A DNA stretch of 63,154 bases, the filler included, from Reclinomonas americana ATCC 50394 (taxonomy: Eukaryota), in NCBI GenBank assembly GCA_048213135.1. It is 24 parts of 24 records of this genome, joined end to end, with 100 filler letters (N's around TTAATTAATTAA, not from the genome) between each part and the next. Parts side by side here need not be neighbours in the genome. Positions count along the whole stretch, not along the records: positions 44,289 to 46,663 come from AFZH01024553.1; positions 46,764 to 49,287 come from AFZH01024554.1; positions 49,388 to 51,699 come from AFZH01024555.1; positions 51,800 to 55,072 come from AFZH01024557.1; positions 55,173 to 56,608 come from AFZH01024558.1; positions 56,709 to 58,177 come from AFZH01024562.1; positions 58,278 to 60,808 come from AFZH01024564.1; 17 more parts are not named here. One strand, 5' to 3'. A program made the translations under genes and the position numbers. Under the pieces are notes generated by a model. The model was given only the letters and a program-made list of their open reading frames with translations, did no database searches and was not told the origin of the DNA. Positions 45,860 through 58,578 of this stretch are shown here, piece after piece. Position 1 is the stretch's first letter. The number at the start of each line of letters is the position of its first letter.

Positions 45860-46663
45860 ATGGCGATGACGGTGAAACTGGCGCGGCGCGGTTGGGTGCC
45901 GGCGGCGAGCGAGGACTATGTGCTCCGGATCGCCGGCGAGGTCGCGGCTGAGGACCGCACGGCACGCGAGACCAGGCTCGCCGATCTCGTCGCCGAGAAT
46001 CGCACCATCCACGAGCGCGACTGCGTCAACCTCAACCCGGCGACAAATGTCATGAACCCGCGCGCCGAGGCGGTACTGGGGCAGGGGCTCGGCACGCGGC
46101 CCTCGCTCGGCTATCCCGGCGACAAATACGAGATGGGCCTCGAGGCGATCGAGCAGATCGAGGTGATGGCGGCGGAGCTGGCGGCGCAGGTCTTCGGCGC
46201 CTCCTATGCCGAGATTCGCGTGCCTTCAGGCGCGATCGCCAATCTCTACGTCTTCATGGCGGCGGCCAAGCCCGGCGATGTCGTGATCGCGCCGCCGCCG
46301 GCGATCGGCGGCCATGTCACCCATCACGGCGCCGGCGCTGCCGGGCTTTACGGCGTCGTCACCCATCCCGCCCCGATCGATGCCACCGGTTATACGGTCG
46401 ACGTCGGCAAGCTGCGCGAGGATGCACTGCGGCTGCGGCCCAAGGTCATCAGCATCGGCGGCAGCCTCAATCTGTTCCCGCATCCGATCCGCGAGATCCG
46501 CGCCGTCGCCGACGAGGTCGGCGCGATCGTGCTGTTCGACGCGGCCCATCTCTCCGGCATTATCGCAGGCGGCGGCTGGCAGCAGCCGCTGGAGGAGGGC
46601 GCTCACGTCATGACGATGAGCACCTATAAGAGCCTGGGCGGACCGCCCTCCGGCCTGATCGTC
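45860..46663 (+). CDS. glyA: Serine hydroxymethyltransferase-family PLP enzyme (divergent), 3' truncated
   Basis: Motifs GYPGDKY..G...IE.IE, SGAIAN, GGHVTH, FDAAHLSG.IAGG, STYKSLGGP (PLP lysine). Confidence 0.85.
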
Positions 46664-46763
46664 NNNNNNNNNNNNNNNNNNNNNNNNNNNNNNNNNNNNN
46701 NNNNNNNTTAATTAATTAANNNNNNNNNNNNNNNNNNNNNNNNNNNNNNNNNNNNNNNNNNNN

Positions 46764-48380
46764 GATGCCACGACGGCGGGTGGTGCCGCGGCGGCAGGCG
46801 GTGGTTGTGGGCGCACGCTGATGGAGGCGCGAGCGGCACCAGCCTTATAAAGAGAAATGAGCGAAAGAGACTTGAGTCGCGACAAAGAAAGAGGGCAGAG
46901 AGGTGTGCGACGTACCGACACGGGGACGTGATCCACGGCAGGCTCCGAGGTCGGCAGCGTCGATTTGAGCATGCGTCCGAGTTTGTGATCGCCACTGTGA
47001 AGTGGGGAACGATGTCAGAGAGAGGGAGGCGAAGGCACGCAAACGTGCAGCGAGCAAGAAGACGGAGACATTGTCGAGAAGAACACGAAGTACACAATCA
47101 AAGAGAACATCGCAACACGGAAACGTGCGTGACTTCAGAGGTGGCGCAAGAAGAACACAGACACTGCACAGCACGATGGGTACAGAGAGTGCCACAAGGC
47201 CCACGAACTCAGACAAAAGTGACAACACACGAAGAGCAGCCACAAACGATGGAATGCACGCAGACAATAGCACAACGCTGTGATCGTCAGGCCGCGGCAG
47301 AGAATTCACACGCTTGCGACAGAGACGACAGCGACACGAGGAAACAAAGCCCGACACGATCACGTCGAGCCATGGCATGCACGCCAGAATGACAGAGGAA
47401 CGCACGCAGACGAGAGCACAATAGAGTTCACGCAAAGAACTCACGCGTGCGAAAGAGAAAACAAGGCACGTCAAGTCATCTCTTGCACGTCAGAAATGAC
47501 AAGAACGGCACGCAGGCAAGAGCACACAGTTCGCGCACAGAACCCACAACCGGCAGAGACGACAGCAGCACAATGCAAGCAGACGGTGGCACGTCATAAA
47601 GGACAAGGAATGCGCGCAGACGACATAAACTCACGCTTACGACAGAGACGAGAAAACAAAGCCCGGCATGATCACGGCAAGCATAGCTAAGGCACACGCA
47701 CGCAGACGAGAACACGACACGAATTTCACGCACAGAACGCACTGTCAGCAGAGACGACAGCGACAACAATGCAATCCACGTCTGCAAGGAAAGCACGCAG
47801 AAAAAGCACAGCGCACGCAAAGAACTCATGGTGACGACAGGGACGAGAAAACAAGGCCCGACACGTGACGGCGCACATGAGAAATGACTGGATTGCACGC
47901 AGACGAGAGCTAAGTACCCACACACGAAAGAACACCACCCCAATGCAATCACCACGACCACGCGACTCGCCACAACACCCCTCCTTCTCCTCCTGCCTCC
48001 ACTCACCCCACATATCGCTTATCGCATCCCTGAAACTTTGGCGGCCCGGGGATATCCCTACGGAAACGCCACCGCCCATGCCGCACATACAACTGATCGA
48101 CCTCCGGCAACAGCTCATCAATCGCCTCCTCCGAGACAACAACGGCCGCCGGCACCGCCTCGACTCCACCTGCACTCACTCCCAACGCACTTGCCGGTCC
48201 CGCCGCCGCCGCATCGGCCGACGACGAAGGCTGATGCTCGCGCGCGGCCAGTGTCTGCGCCTGCTGATGGTACATTTCACTGAGCTGCTCCACAGAGACG
48301 CTCATGCTGATCGGGCGTGGACGAGGCGCCACATCGTCGTCGTCGTCAGAGGACGATTCGTTGTCGTAGGCCACGCGAGC
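46764..48380 (-). CDS. Hypothetical spliced protein (exon about 48380-48007, further exons near 46990-46916 and 46844-46764)
   Basis: Coding-like exon bounded by AG/GT, followed by a roughly 1-kb degenerate-repeat intron. Confidence 0.45.
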
Positions 48381-48641
48381 TGTGTAAAAGGGGAGAGGTG
48401 TGAGAGAGAGGGGGGGGGGGAGAAGAGTGAGTGAGAGAAAGACAGTGAGTGAGTGAGAGAGGGGGAGGGAGAGAGGGGGAGGGAGAGTGAGTGAGTGAGT
48501 GAGCGAGTGAGTGAGTGTGTGTGTGAGAGAGAGAGAAAGAGTGTGTGTGTGTGCGGGAGTGTGTTCGATTTTTCATCGCGCTCTTAATGATATCGCGCGC
48601 GCGACTGTGAACGATTGTGCACACACTCAACACACACACAC

Positions 48642-48690
<49 letters not shown>

Positions 48691-48928
48691 AACAAACACT
48701 TTGCACACTCTTTGCACACTCTGTCCCCCCTCTCTTTCTCACTCTTTCACACACTCCTTTCCGTCACTCTCCACTCTCACTCTCACTCACCTTTCTGCTT
48801 CTTTCCCATTGCACACACACAAGAGCGCACAGAATGGTTTTCCCGCCACAACTTCACAAGTGCTCGCTCTGTCTTCACCATCCTCTTCTCTGCTGCGTGT
48901 GTGCCTTTCTCTTTCTTTCTCTGCAACC

Positions 48929-49387
48929 ATGAGTGGTGTTATGAAGGTGCCGTTAGCTTGAGAGCACACACGTGAGAGAAAGAGAGAGCTGACATGTCGC
49001 GCTTTTTTCTCTCTTCTCTGTCACACACACACAGGTGTATGAGACGAATGAGGTGCCGGCGAAGACCGGTGTGGCCACTGTAGACGCGCTACTGTCAGTT
49101 GCGTCGCGCTCATTGACACAAATCAGAGAGACAAGAGAGAGAGATGAGTTGTCTCTTACACTCTCTTTGTGTGTCTCTCAGTCGGACGACGATGCTGCTG
49201 ACGCGCTTGATCGTGGACACGTGGACAGCAAGCAGGCGTTTGCCTTTTTCCGCCAGCAAGCAGATGGTGATTGAAATGATTGATTGTNNNNNNNNNNNNN
49301 NNNNNNNNNNNNNNNNNNNNNNNNNNNNNNNTTAATTAATTAANNNNNNNNNNNNNNNNNNNNNNNNNNNNNNNNNNNNNNNNNNNN

Positions 49388-49468
<81 letters not shown>

Positions 49469-50879
49469 TCACTGACTCACTCACTCACTCACACTTTCTC
49501 TGTCTCCCCTCTCCCTTCTCCCTTCTCCCTCTCTTCCCTCCTCCACTCACAGCTGAGAAGCGAACGGTGCTGCATGCTCCAATGCTGGCACGACGCGCCA
49601 ATGAAACGCCTGTGGATCGCTTCCGTCGCCTAAAGTTCGAGGTCGACGAGTTCCTCAGCGATGTCTCCGGGTCGTCGGCGGTCGCAGGTGGCGCGTCGGC
49701 GTCGGGCAGTGGTGCGTGCGGTGCTGTGTTGCGTTTACAGCTTGTTTCTGTCTCTTATCGCGTGGCTGGTAGAGAGTGGAGTGGAGCTGGGGCAGGTGGC
49801 GGAGCAGCTGAAGACGCTGCAGACGCGGTTGCATCACTTTGCCGGTTTCGATGCGTCGGTGGAGGCTGGCAAGCTCGGGCAGGTGCTCGAGGAGGAGTTG
49901 TCGCATGCGCAAAAGACGGCGCCGGTCTGTTTGACGAGGATATTTGCGTGTGTGTGCATGAGTGGCGACTCACGCGCCGAGTTGGTGCAGAACACTGTCA
50001 GCTACGAGTTGTTTGTGGATAGCGACGAGGTCGGAGAGAAGTCAACAAAGGGTATGCTGGATCTGGAGAGGCGCATCTCACGGCTGGAGACCGAAGTCGG
50101 CGTGTCGGCGACCTCGGAGGTGCGTGTTCCGCGCCCTTCTGCATCCTTGCCTCTTGCTCTCTCTCCCCCTCTCCCTCCCTCCGTCTCCCTCCCTGCCTCC
50201 GTCTCCCTCCGTCTCCCTTCTCCTTCCCTCCGTCTCCCTTCCTTTTTCTCTGTCCCTCTGTCTCCCTCCCCCTCCCTCTCTCCCCCTAACCTCACCCTTT
50301 CCCATTTCGCAGCATCCCGATCGACAGCGACCACTGGCCGAGGGCATCTCACGGCTAGAGAGCCTGGCGCGCATCCTGCACGAGAGCAAGGTGGATTACT
50401 TGCAGAGCAAGGCTCGTGCACTGAATTCGGAGCTGGAGCAGATTGTGCGCAAGCGACGAGAACTGGGCGATGGTACGCTGTCTCTGTGTGTGTCCATCTT
50501 GTCGACACCACTTGTCCCATTTCTCCCTCCCTCTCGATTTTTTGCAGGCGCCTCGGTGACCTCCTCCAGCGCGCACTTTGACGACGGCAAGGTGGCCGAT
50601 GTGTTCCAGACGGTGGAGCGCTGGTCGGCCATCGCCGACGAGGTGCCGCTGTTGGTGGAGCGACTGACGTCGCTGAGGGAGTTGCATCAGCGCGCCGCCG
50701 CCGCCGTGGCCTCTGTCGAGGACATGAAGCGACAGCAGGCCGAAATCACCGAGTTGCTGAGCGGCAATCGTGAGGCACAGACGCAGGTGGCGCAGAGCTT
50801 TGCCGAGAACATGGCCACGTTCAGGCAAAATGTGCAGCATTTGGAGGCGCGGTTGGAGAGATTGCTGACGCGCAAGTGA
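48929..50879 (+). CDS. DCTN2: Dynactin subunit 2 (dynamitin/p50), spliced, spanning the linker at 49288
   Basis: Motifs VYET.E, AF..F, ETP..RFRRL..EV, VSYEL, LERRISRLE..VG, LVERL.SL..LH..A, C-terminal coiled coil ending at the stop 50879. Confidence 0.88.
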
Positions 50880-51110
50880 CGAACGGCACCTCAATTCTCT
50901 TCATCTATCTTGTTGCCTCTCGCTCTTGTGAAACACAAAATCCCCCTCCCATCTGTGTAGTTGAGATATTTAGAGTCACCACCCTTCACTCCCGCCACAT
51001 CGCTTGCCAGAGAACAACAAGAGACACGAGGAAGCAGAACGGCCAGTGACTCCGTGCGGAGAGAACATCAGCAAATGGTGGAGGAAGCGGGCCGGCGTGA
51101 GGCGCGCGAC

Positions 51111-51654
51111 TTAGAACTTCATCAAGTGCGGGTACTGGCCGCGGCGGAGGGTGAACTTGCACTTGAGGTACTCCTTCAGCAGTGGCACCTTCTCAATCGC
51201 CTTGGACAGTTGCTCGTCAATCTCCTTCTGTGCTGCCTTGCGCTCCGGCGCAATGGTCTTCTTGCCCGACTTCTTCGCGCCGTGCACCAAATCCTCAGCG
51301 CTCTTCGACGGCGCATCAGCGTGGTCCTTCTTGAACCAGGCATCGGTGACGTTGCTCGGCACCTTGAGGCCGGCCACATCCACCACAGTCGACGTCGACA
51401 GCACGTACGCCTGGTTCACGCGGCGCAGCGGCACACCATTGACAGTCAGAGGACCTGCACGTGCAAGGGGACATCAGCATCTCTGTCTCTCTCCATCCCA
51501 CTCGATCATCATCATCATCATCCACGGTCGTACCAGTGACGAGCAGGAGGCCAGAGGGCAACTGCTTCAGGTAGATCACACGCTTGCCGCGGTAGCGACC
51601 GGCCAAGAGCACCAGCACGGAGCCAGGCACAATGGTTGGGCGCACGCGAGCCGG
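51111..51654 (-). CDS. RPL6: 60S ribosomal protein eL6 (last two exons 51654-51534, 51454-51111)
   Basis: [44 protein letters not shown] ... YPHLMKF. Confidence 0.96.
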
Positions 51655-51799
51655 CTGCCATGAGAACAGCAGGATGAGATCTCTCAAACAGTCATGACAN
51701 NNNNNNNNNNNNNNNNNNNNNNNNNNNNNNNNNNNNNNNNNNNTTAATTAATTAANNNNNNNNNNNNNNNNNNNNNNNNNNNNNNNNNNNNNNNNNNNN

Positions 51800-54700
51800 C
51801 CGTGGCCGACAGACGCCAGCCACCCCAGCCGGCGAACACACCCTGCAGGAAACCGCCCGCACCTGCGGATGCGGGCACACGCCGCACAGGTTAGTCCATC
51901 ACTTAGATTGCATGCAGCAAGAAGAAGACGCACCGGTGATGCTGCAGAGCGCAAGCGGAGGTCGATCAGGGATTTTTGAGTGCACGGAAAACAAAAGTAA
52001 GAGTGACGAGCAGCAACTCACAAGTTGGTGGCGCCACCTGCACGAGTAACACCAGGTTTGTGAGGAGGGGTGGTGCATCAAGCGCACGAGTGAGAGAAGA
52101 TAGACGTACCGGTGGGGGTCTCTCTGTGGTGAGGCAAGTCGCAGAGTGTCAGTGCATGTACAACGCACGCAAGCAACGCGACAAAACACACACCGCCACA
52201 CGTAGTACGGCTGCTGCGCGTTGGCATAGGAGCGAGTGAACAAGTCGGCAGCCTTGGCCACGTTGCCCAGCTCCAAGTACGCCACCGCGTACATGCCCCA
52301 CGTCATGGCTGCAAAGTGAATGAAGTGAGCAATGCACATTCACACCAGTAGAGAAGGAAACTGACCAGGGCCCTGCGCAGCAGCAAACAGACATGTGAGA
52401 CGAGCAGACTCTTAAGCACGAGCACGAGCAACACTACACAGTTGGACGCACAGTGGGATCCGTGACGGATTCTGGTGGCACGACGGGAACATCATAGAGA
52501 GAGGGGGGGATGAGGCACTAATCAACAAGAGGCACATCACCGCGAAGAACACGCAACCGTAGTACGTGAGGTCGCTCTGTCGCACATCGGCCGGCATCGT
52601 CATGCCGAGCGGATAGCCGAGCAGCACCACATCCTATGCTCACATCCTGTCAGTCATCTATCTGAACAAAAATGCACAAGAAATGCATGCCACACTCACC
52701 GCTTGCTTGATCTTGGTGCCCCTGTGACGTGCAGCAATAAATGAGTTGAACAATCAAAAACACACAAAATAGCGCACGAACGACAACAACGCAACCAGGA
52801 GTAACCGCGGCCGAGCTGCGTATGAGGAAAAAGGCAACGAAGATGTGAGTGCATCACAAGGAGCAAGACACCCGTGAAATTTGCAGTTGCACCTCTGGGT
52901 GGCACTTGCGGCTGTCGTCGTACGGGATCTGGATGGTAGCGGCCGTCTTGCTCCACTCCGGATTCGGTGTCTTGCCGAGAATGGTGGCGGCTGTGGTTGC
53001 GCCCTCCAGCGAGATCTTTGCCACGTAATTCGTGTACGCACTATTGTCGCCCAGTGCATACTGTGCGCCGACAGTGTCGTCAGTCAATGCGTCAACTTGG
53101 GTGTGCATAAGAGTGCACGACGCACCTCATCCGGAGGAATCACGTGCTTGATGTCGCCGTTCGGCGCGGTCTTGGACACCCAGAACTGTGCGTCGAAAGA
53201 GTCAGCAGGAGCGTACCGCAACCAGGCGTCACACTGACAGTTACACAACGTCTGCCACGCCCTCGAGCAGCGGATACAAGAGCGACGCCAGCTCATCGTC
53301 ACGGCCAGTCGTGTGGTAGTACTGTGGCGACAGAGAAAAGTCGGTGAACGCGAAAGCCGAGACGGGTGCTCACTGTGTGACGCACCTGCAGCGCCGCAAA
53401 GCTAATGTCGCCGCTGATGTGCTGCTCGTACAGTCCAGTGTCAGCCGACACCGGGCATGTCTGGTGCGACGGCGTAGCGTTACACGAGGATTGTCGAGAA
53501 TACGCCAGTGCTTCACGCACGTACCTCTTGCCCTGTAAAGGCGCTCTCCCAGGGGAACATGGCGCCGTCGTACGGTGGCGTGTAGCTGCGAGCCTTGGCG
53601 CGAGCACCGGCCAAATTGTTGAAGCGGTACTGCAAGCACGAGCGTGCAAGCGACGGCTGGAAGAGCAGCAGAGGCGGATACATCCACGTCTCTGCAACGA
53701 GTGAGGCAAGTCAAAAAAAAGGGCAACTCAGCCAGTGAGAGTCATCGTGGATGCGTCGTACCAGCGTCCCAGAATGTGTGACCTGCAGAAGAGTCAGTCG
53801 TGTTCTCCACCCACGGCAGCACAGGAGTGCGCGCATCACACACACCATTGTAGGCATTCGAGCTGAGGCCGCCGGGCGACAGCGAGTACGACCAGTCGTC
53901 TCTGATGGAGCTGATGATGTAGTAGAAGGAGGAGTTGATGGCTGCGGGTCATTGCAGTGAGTCAGGGCGGGCGATGCCAAGAAAAACAATCTCTGGATGC
54001 CAAAAGGTACCTCGGCCGAGGTCAAGATTGCCCACCAACTCAATGCCCGACGACATGATGTCCTCCCACCTGCACGACGAGTGAGCGCACTGCAATGTGC
54101 CTGCAGCACAGCTTGCCGAGTCACGCAACTCGCTCATGTGCACCATCAGCCGTGCACTGAGATCCATCCCAGCGGCCATTTGCCAACCGCGGCATGCGTC
54201 AGCAACTGCGAAGGTCACGTCAGTGCTCAACTCGGTGCGTGAAACGCAGGACTGGCGCAACTCGGGTTGTCCGAGTCGAGACTCGTGCGAATCGACATAA
54301 TGTACGAAAAGGTGGCGTTGATGGAGCCACCGATCAACAGTGGCGACACCAGTTGCGAGACGGCGACTGCGACAGCCACCTGCTCCGAGTCCGGCTCCTC
54401 GGTCGTCTTGATCTTGCCCTGCACAAACCCGTGCACCCGTGAGACCGTGCACATCCTGGCGCTCCGTCTCCCCACGCAACGTAGTACACATCGGCACCGG
54501 TGACCTTGCTGTTCTGCTTCTGGAAATCAATGTCACCCGACGCCGAACCCGCATTCACCGTCAACGTCAGTGCCACCGAGTCTCCCGGATTCACCACCGT
54601 CATCTCCGAGACAAGCAGCGAGCGCGACAGCTCCGGATCCGAATTGACGACTCCACGGAACGCATACCAACGCTGCTCAATGTTGACGTTGTGGGCAAAG

Positions 54701-55046
54701 GTCGAGCGGCGATACTGCGCACGGGCGTGGCGACGGTGAGTGAATGAGAGAGAGAAACAAGAGGGTGCAAGTACGCAACGTAAACACCGTGGCGAATGTC
54801 CAAGCCCGTGGCATTGACGACGGCATTGCGCACAGTAATGGCCAAATGACCGGGAATTCGTGCACGATGCGACGGGTCCTTGGAGGAGCGCCCATTGAAC
54901 AAGCCACTCACGTCTGCACACACACAAAGAGAGAGAGAGAGAGAGAATGTAAGCTATAAAGCAGGCAAGGAGAGAGAGAAAGGAGAACGCAACAGACAGT
55001 GTCGGAGCCAACAACAGTGGCCAAATACCCGTTGCCGACAGATGCC
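51800..55046 (-). CDS. Glycoside hydrolase family 65 (acid trehalase / PGGHG-like), highly spliced, both ends truncated
   Basis: Spliced motifs SHRARIP, LSPGGLS.N.YNGHTFWD.ETW.YP, GAMFPWESAFTG, EQHISGDI, VIPPDE, IKQADVVLLGYP, GPAMTW, NFITGAGGFLQ. Confidence 0.92.
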
Positions 55047-55172
55047 TGCATGCGCATTATCAATAAACAGACNNNNNNNNNNNNNNNNNNNNNNNNNNNN
55101 NNNNNNNNNNNNNNNNTTAATTAATTAANNNNNNNNNNNNNNNNNNNNNNNNNNNNNNNNNNNNNNNNNNNN

Positions 55173-56608
55173 TTCCGACACAGCCGACGACTTCGCAGAC
55201 GCTCCACGAGAGAATGTCGACGGTTTGTGGCACTTGGCCGACAGTGCCAGTGAAGCCGAGGTAGGTGTATCCTTCGTCGTCAGTGAAGGCTAAGGGGCCG
55301 CTGCCGTCGCCGTTGACCACGAACTGCATGCGAGGGGAAGAGGGATGTGAGCTTCGCGAAGAGGCCACAAAGGTGGTTTCTCTCCACTCAATCAGAAGAG
55401 CTGAGTTATGAAAAGAAAGGCAACAGAGAAAAGGCAGTTTCCCCACAACTGGAGCTGACTGACGAGACAAGAGACACGAAGATAGGTTCAACTAAGGTGG
55501 GCTCCACGATTGAAGCTTGGTGACGCGAGGAGAGAACAACTGAGAACAATGACAGACTGGAAGGGCGGTTCAACTGAAGCGGGCTGTCCCCACAACTGGA
55601 GCAGAGAGACGAGAACAACTGAGAAGAGACAGACTCGATGCAAGGGAGAGAACCAGAGGCACGTGTGGCATGGTGGTTTCTTTCCACTTCATCAGAAAAC
55701 TTGGGGAGCAACTGAGACGAGACTCAATGCAAAAGGCGGGCTCACTCCACATCTGCAGCAGGATGACGAGAAGAAAGAGCAAGGGAGTGGACAACTGCAA
55801 GGTCCAGATGATCTCTCTCTCTTTTCCATCTTCCGTTCTCTTCTGCTCCCTCCCTCTCCCTCTCTCTCTCTCTCTCCCTCCCCAATCCCTCTCCCTCCCT
55901 CCCTCCCTTCCCCTCCTTCTCCCTCCCTCCACCCCCCTTCCCCATTATCGCAACATGCTCCCGTAATGTCCCCCACGGATCGTGCCGATCGGAGAGGGTG
56001 ATGGCGGCCGACATTACCGGCGTGGTCATGTTGTCGATCCACACGCTGAAAATGCCGGGCTTGCCAAAGAACGAGGGAATGTAGCGCACTCTGACTTGGT
56101 GCACGGTGCCGTCGGAGAGATTGGGGATGGCCGTGGAGGCGAGCACCAGAGCCGAGTGATCTCGGTTGGCCGGTTGCGCGTTGGCGTGATCGGCGGTGAG
56201 ACCGAGGGCGGGGTCGTTGGCGTCGACGCCAAACAGGGCGAGGTGGTTGTCGTACGACGTGGTGAATTCGGTGCTGTTGATGTACCACTGGCTGATGCCC
56301 TGTGAAGTGTGCGCGACCAGTGTGAGAATGCAAAAACAAGGAGAGGGAGAGAGAGAGGGATGCGTGCAAGGTAACCTGCTTCGGGTCATTCATGTCGCGA
56401 TTGAACCAGGTGTCGAACTCGAGAGCAATAGCCTTCTGGATGCCGCCGTAGCCGAGGGTGCCGCCGAGGGCGCGATACTGATCGTTGAGTGTGGCGCCTG
56501 CGTTGTTGATTGTGTACGCCCCGCGAGCAGATCCCGGCCCTGTTGGCGCATCGCGCTGCAGCACCAGCGCAAACCCGTCGGCGCCGCCGCAGAAACTATC
56601 GGGCACGT
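55173..56608 (-). CDS. Legume (L-type) lectin domain protein, spliced, partial
   Basis: Motifs GADGFALVLQ, GG.LGYGGI, ALEFDTW.N, NH.A, LSDG.VH.VRV.Y, Y.GFTG..G....DILSW. Confidence 0.88.
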
Positions 56609-56708
56609 NNNNNNNNNNNNNNNNNNNNNNNNNNNNNNNNNNNNNNNNNNNNTTAATTAATTAANNNNNNNNNNNNNNNNNNNNNNNNNNNNNNNNNNNN
56701 NNNNNNNN

Positions 56709-57123
56709 GGCGATCGTCGCGTGCGCGGCGAAGGATGTGGAGGTGACCGCGGTCACCGACTCGGACTCCTACGAGGCCGGCGTCACGCCGCAGCTCTCCA
56801 TCTCGCTCACCAACAAGGGCTCGACGGACTGCACGATCGACGTGGGCTCCACCACCCAGGTGTTCACGGTCTCGAGCGGCGCCGACGTCTGGTGGCGCTC
56901 GACCGACTGCCAGGAGAACCCGAGCAGCATGATCGCCACTCTCGCGGCGGGGACGACCGTGACCAGCAAGGATCCGGTGGTCTGGGACCGCACGCGATCG
57001 AGCGTCGAGACGTGCGCCGACGAGAACCGACAGCGTGCGCCGGGCGGGGGCTCGTCGTACCACGTCGAGGTGTCGATCGGCGGGTTCACGAGCGCGAGCA
57101 GCACGCAGATCCTGCTGTACTGA
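56709..57123 (+). CDS. Hypothetical secreted-type protein, 5' truncated (actinobacterial-like)
   Basis: Strong GC3 bias; Cys-containing beta-rich ORF (CTIDVG, WWRSTDC, WDRTRS). Confidence 0.7.
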
Positions 57124-57148
57124 CGCGAGGAGGGGGATCGGTGCCCCG

Positions 57149-58177
57149 TCAGAAGCTCGTGACCAGGTCCCCGAGGACCGCACTGACCTTCGTGGGATCG
57201 GTGGCGTCGTAGAAGTGCGCGCCCGTCGCCGAGGAGATGCTCTGCAATGTCGTCACGTCGGCGTCGGCGCCGTAGGCCAGGGTGAACACCAGCACGGGCG
57301 AGTGATGATGCAGGCCGCCCAGGTTCGCGAGGAGCGTCGGCTGGTCGACGGTCGGAACGGCGGTCTCGTTCGCGCCGTCGCTGAGCAGCACGATCGCGGT
57401 GATGCGGTCCGGGTCGTAGGCGGCCGCCTGCTGCTGCGTGTACTGATCGACCGCCGCGTACAGCGGCGTGAAGGTCTGCGGGGTCAGCGCGCCGATGGCG
57501 GCGACGAGGCTGTCCCGGTTGTCCGGGTAGTCGTCCACGGGAGCGATGAGTCCGGGCTGGATGGTCGCATCGCCGGCGGATGAGAATGCGGCGATGCCGA
57601 CGTCGTCGCCCTCGGAGAAGTGGTCGAGGGCGGCGATGATCGCGGACTTGGCTGCATCGAGCTTCGTCTGTCCGCTCGGGATCACGTCGGACATGGACCC
57701 GGAGACGTCGAGCAGGAAGAGGACGGATGCCCGCTTGCGAACCTCCGGGAAAGACGTGTTCAGCGCCGCCATGGTCTCTCCCGAGGGAAAGAGGACGGCC
57801 TTCTCCGGCGATCCCTGCAGCTGTCCGACATCCTGTACCTGCTGATCCAGGTCGTCATGGAGATCGCGGTAACCCGCCTCCCGAACGATCCGCTGGCCCT
57901 CGATCGTACCCGTGAAACGGAAGAAGTCGGCAGCAGCGGCGGCCTCCGCCTCATCGACCCAATCGCCCTCGAGAACCGTGGCGGGGTTGTCGGCGACGTA
58001 GAACCCGTCCGAGGGGTAGATCGGGACGAGGAGCTCTTTCGGCGGCGTCCCCTGAGACCTCGTGACGCCGTCACGGCTCGTGATGCCGCGGTTGTAGTCC
58101 CAGACCGACTTCTCATCGACGATCACGGCCGAGAGGAAGTCCGCGGCGGAGCCCGACTCCTCCGCCTGGCGCGCATG
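57149..58177 (-). CDS. Substrate-binding-like + vWA domain protein, 5' truncated
   Basis: MIDAS motif DVSGSM, TPLY, VLLSDG, FTLAYGADAD. Confidence 0.85.
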   Translation of the reverse strand, partial: HARQAEESGSAADFLSAVIVDEKSVWDYNRGITSRDGVTRSQGTPPKELLVPIYPSDGFYVADNPATVLEGDWVDEAEAAAAADFFRFTGTIEGQRIVREAGYRDLHDDLDQQVQDVGQLQGSPEKAVLFPSGETMAALNTSFPEVRKRASVLFLLDVSGSMSDVIPSGQTKLDAAKSAIIAALDHFSEGDDVGIAAFSSAGDATIQPGLIAPVDDYPDNRDSLVAAIGALTPQTFTPLYAAVDQYTQQQAAAYDPDRITAIVLLSDGANETAVPTVDQPTLLANLGGLHHHSPVLVFTLAYGADADVTTLQSISSATGAHFYDATDPTKVSAVLGDLVTSF

Positions 58178-58277
58178 NNNNNNNNNNNNNNNNNNNNNNN
58201 NNNNNNNNNNNNNNNNNNNNNTTAATTAATTAANNNNNNNNNNNNNNNNNNNNNNNNNNNNNNNNNNNNNNNNNNNN

Positions 58278-58556
58278 GATGTCGTGAACGTCACCGAGCG
58301 CGCCGCCAACATCATCTCGGCGGCACTCCGCGACGCGGTTCGTTCGCTCGAGGGAGCCGAGCTCCCCCGCAACGACGAGTTGAGCACGCAGGTTCTGGCA
58401 CTGTGCGGCGAGAAGGTACGGGCGGCCTGCGGAGTCGAGGTCGTCGACGTGCTCATCACGGGAGACGCCCTCACCGACGGCTACCTGCTGTCTCAGGCCA
58501 TCCGTGGCACCGACAACGCCCCCGAGGTCGTCGCCGCCCTGCACGCGCTGAACTGA
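58278..58556 (+). CDS. Hypothetical protein C-terminus (possibly SPFH/band-7-like)
   Basis: GC3-biased ORF; GVEVVDVLIT resembles the last SPFH strand. Confidence 0.5.
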   Translation, partial: DVVNVTERAANIISAALRDAVRSLEGAELPRNDELSTQVLALCGEKVRAACGVEVVDVLITGDALTDGYLLSQAIRGTDNAPEVVAALHALN

Positions 58557-58578
58557 GGCCCGTCGGCCTGCGGCTCGG

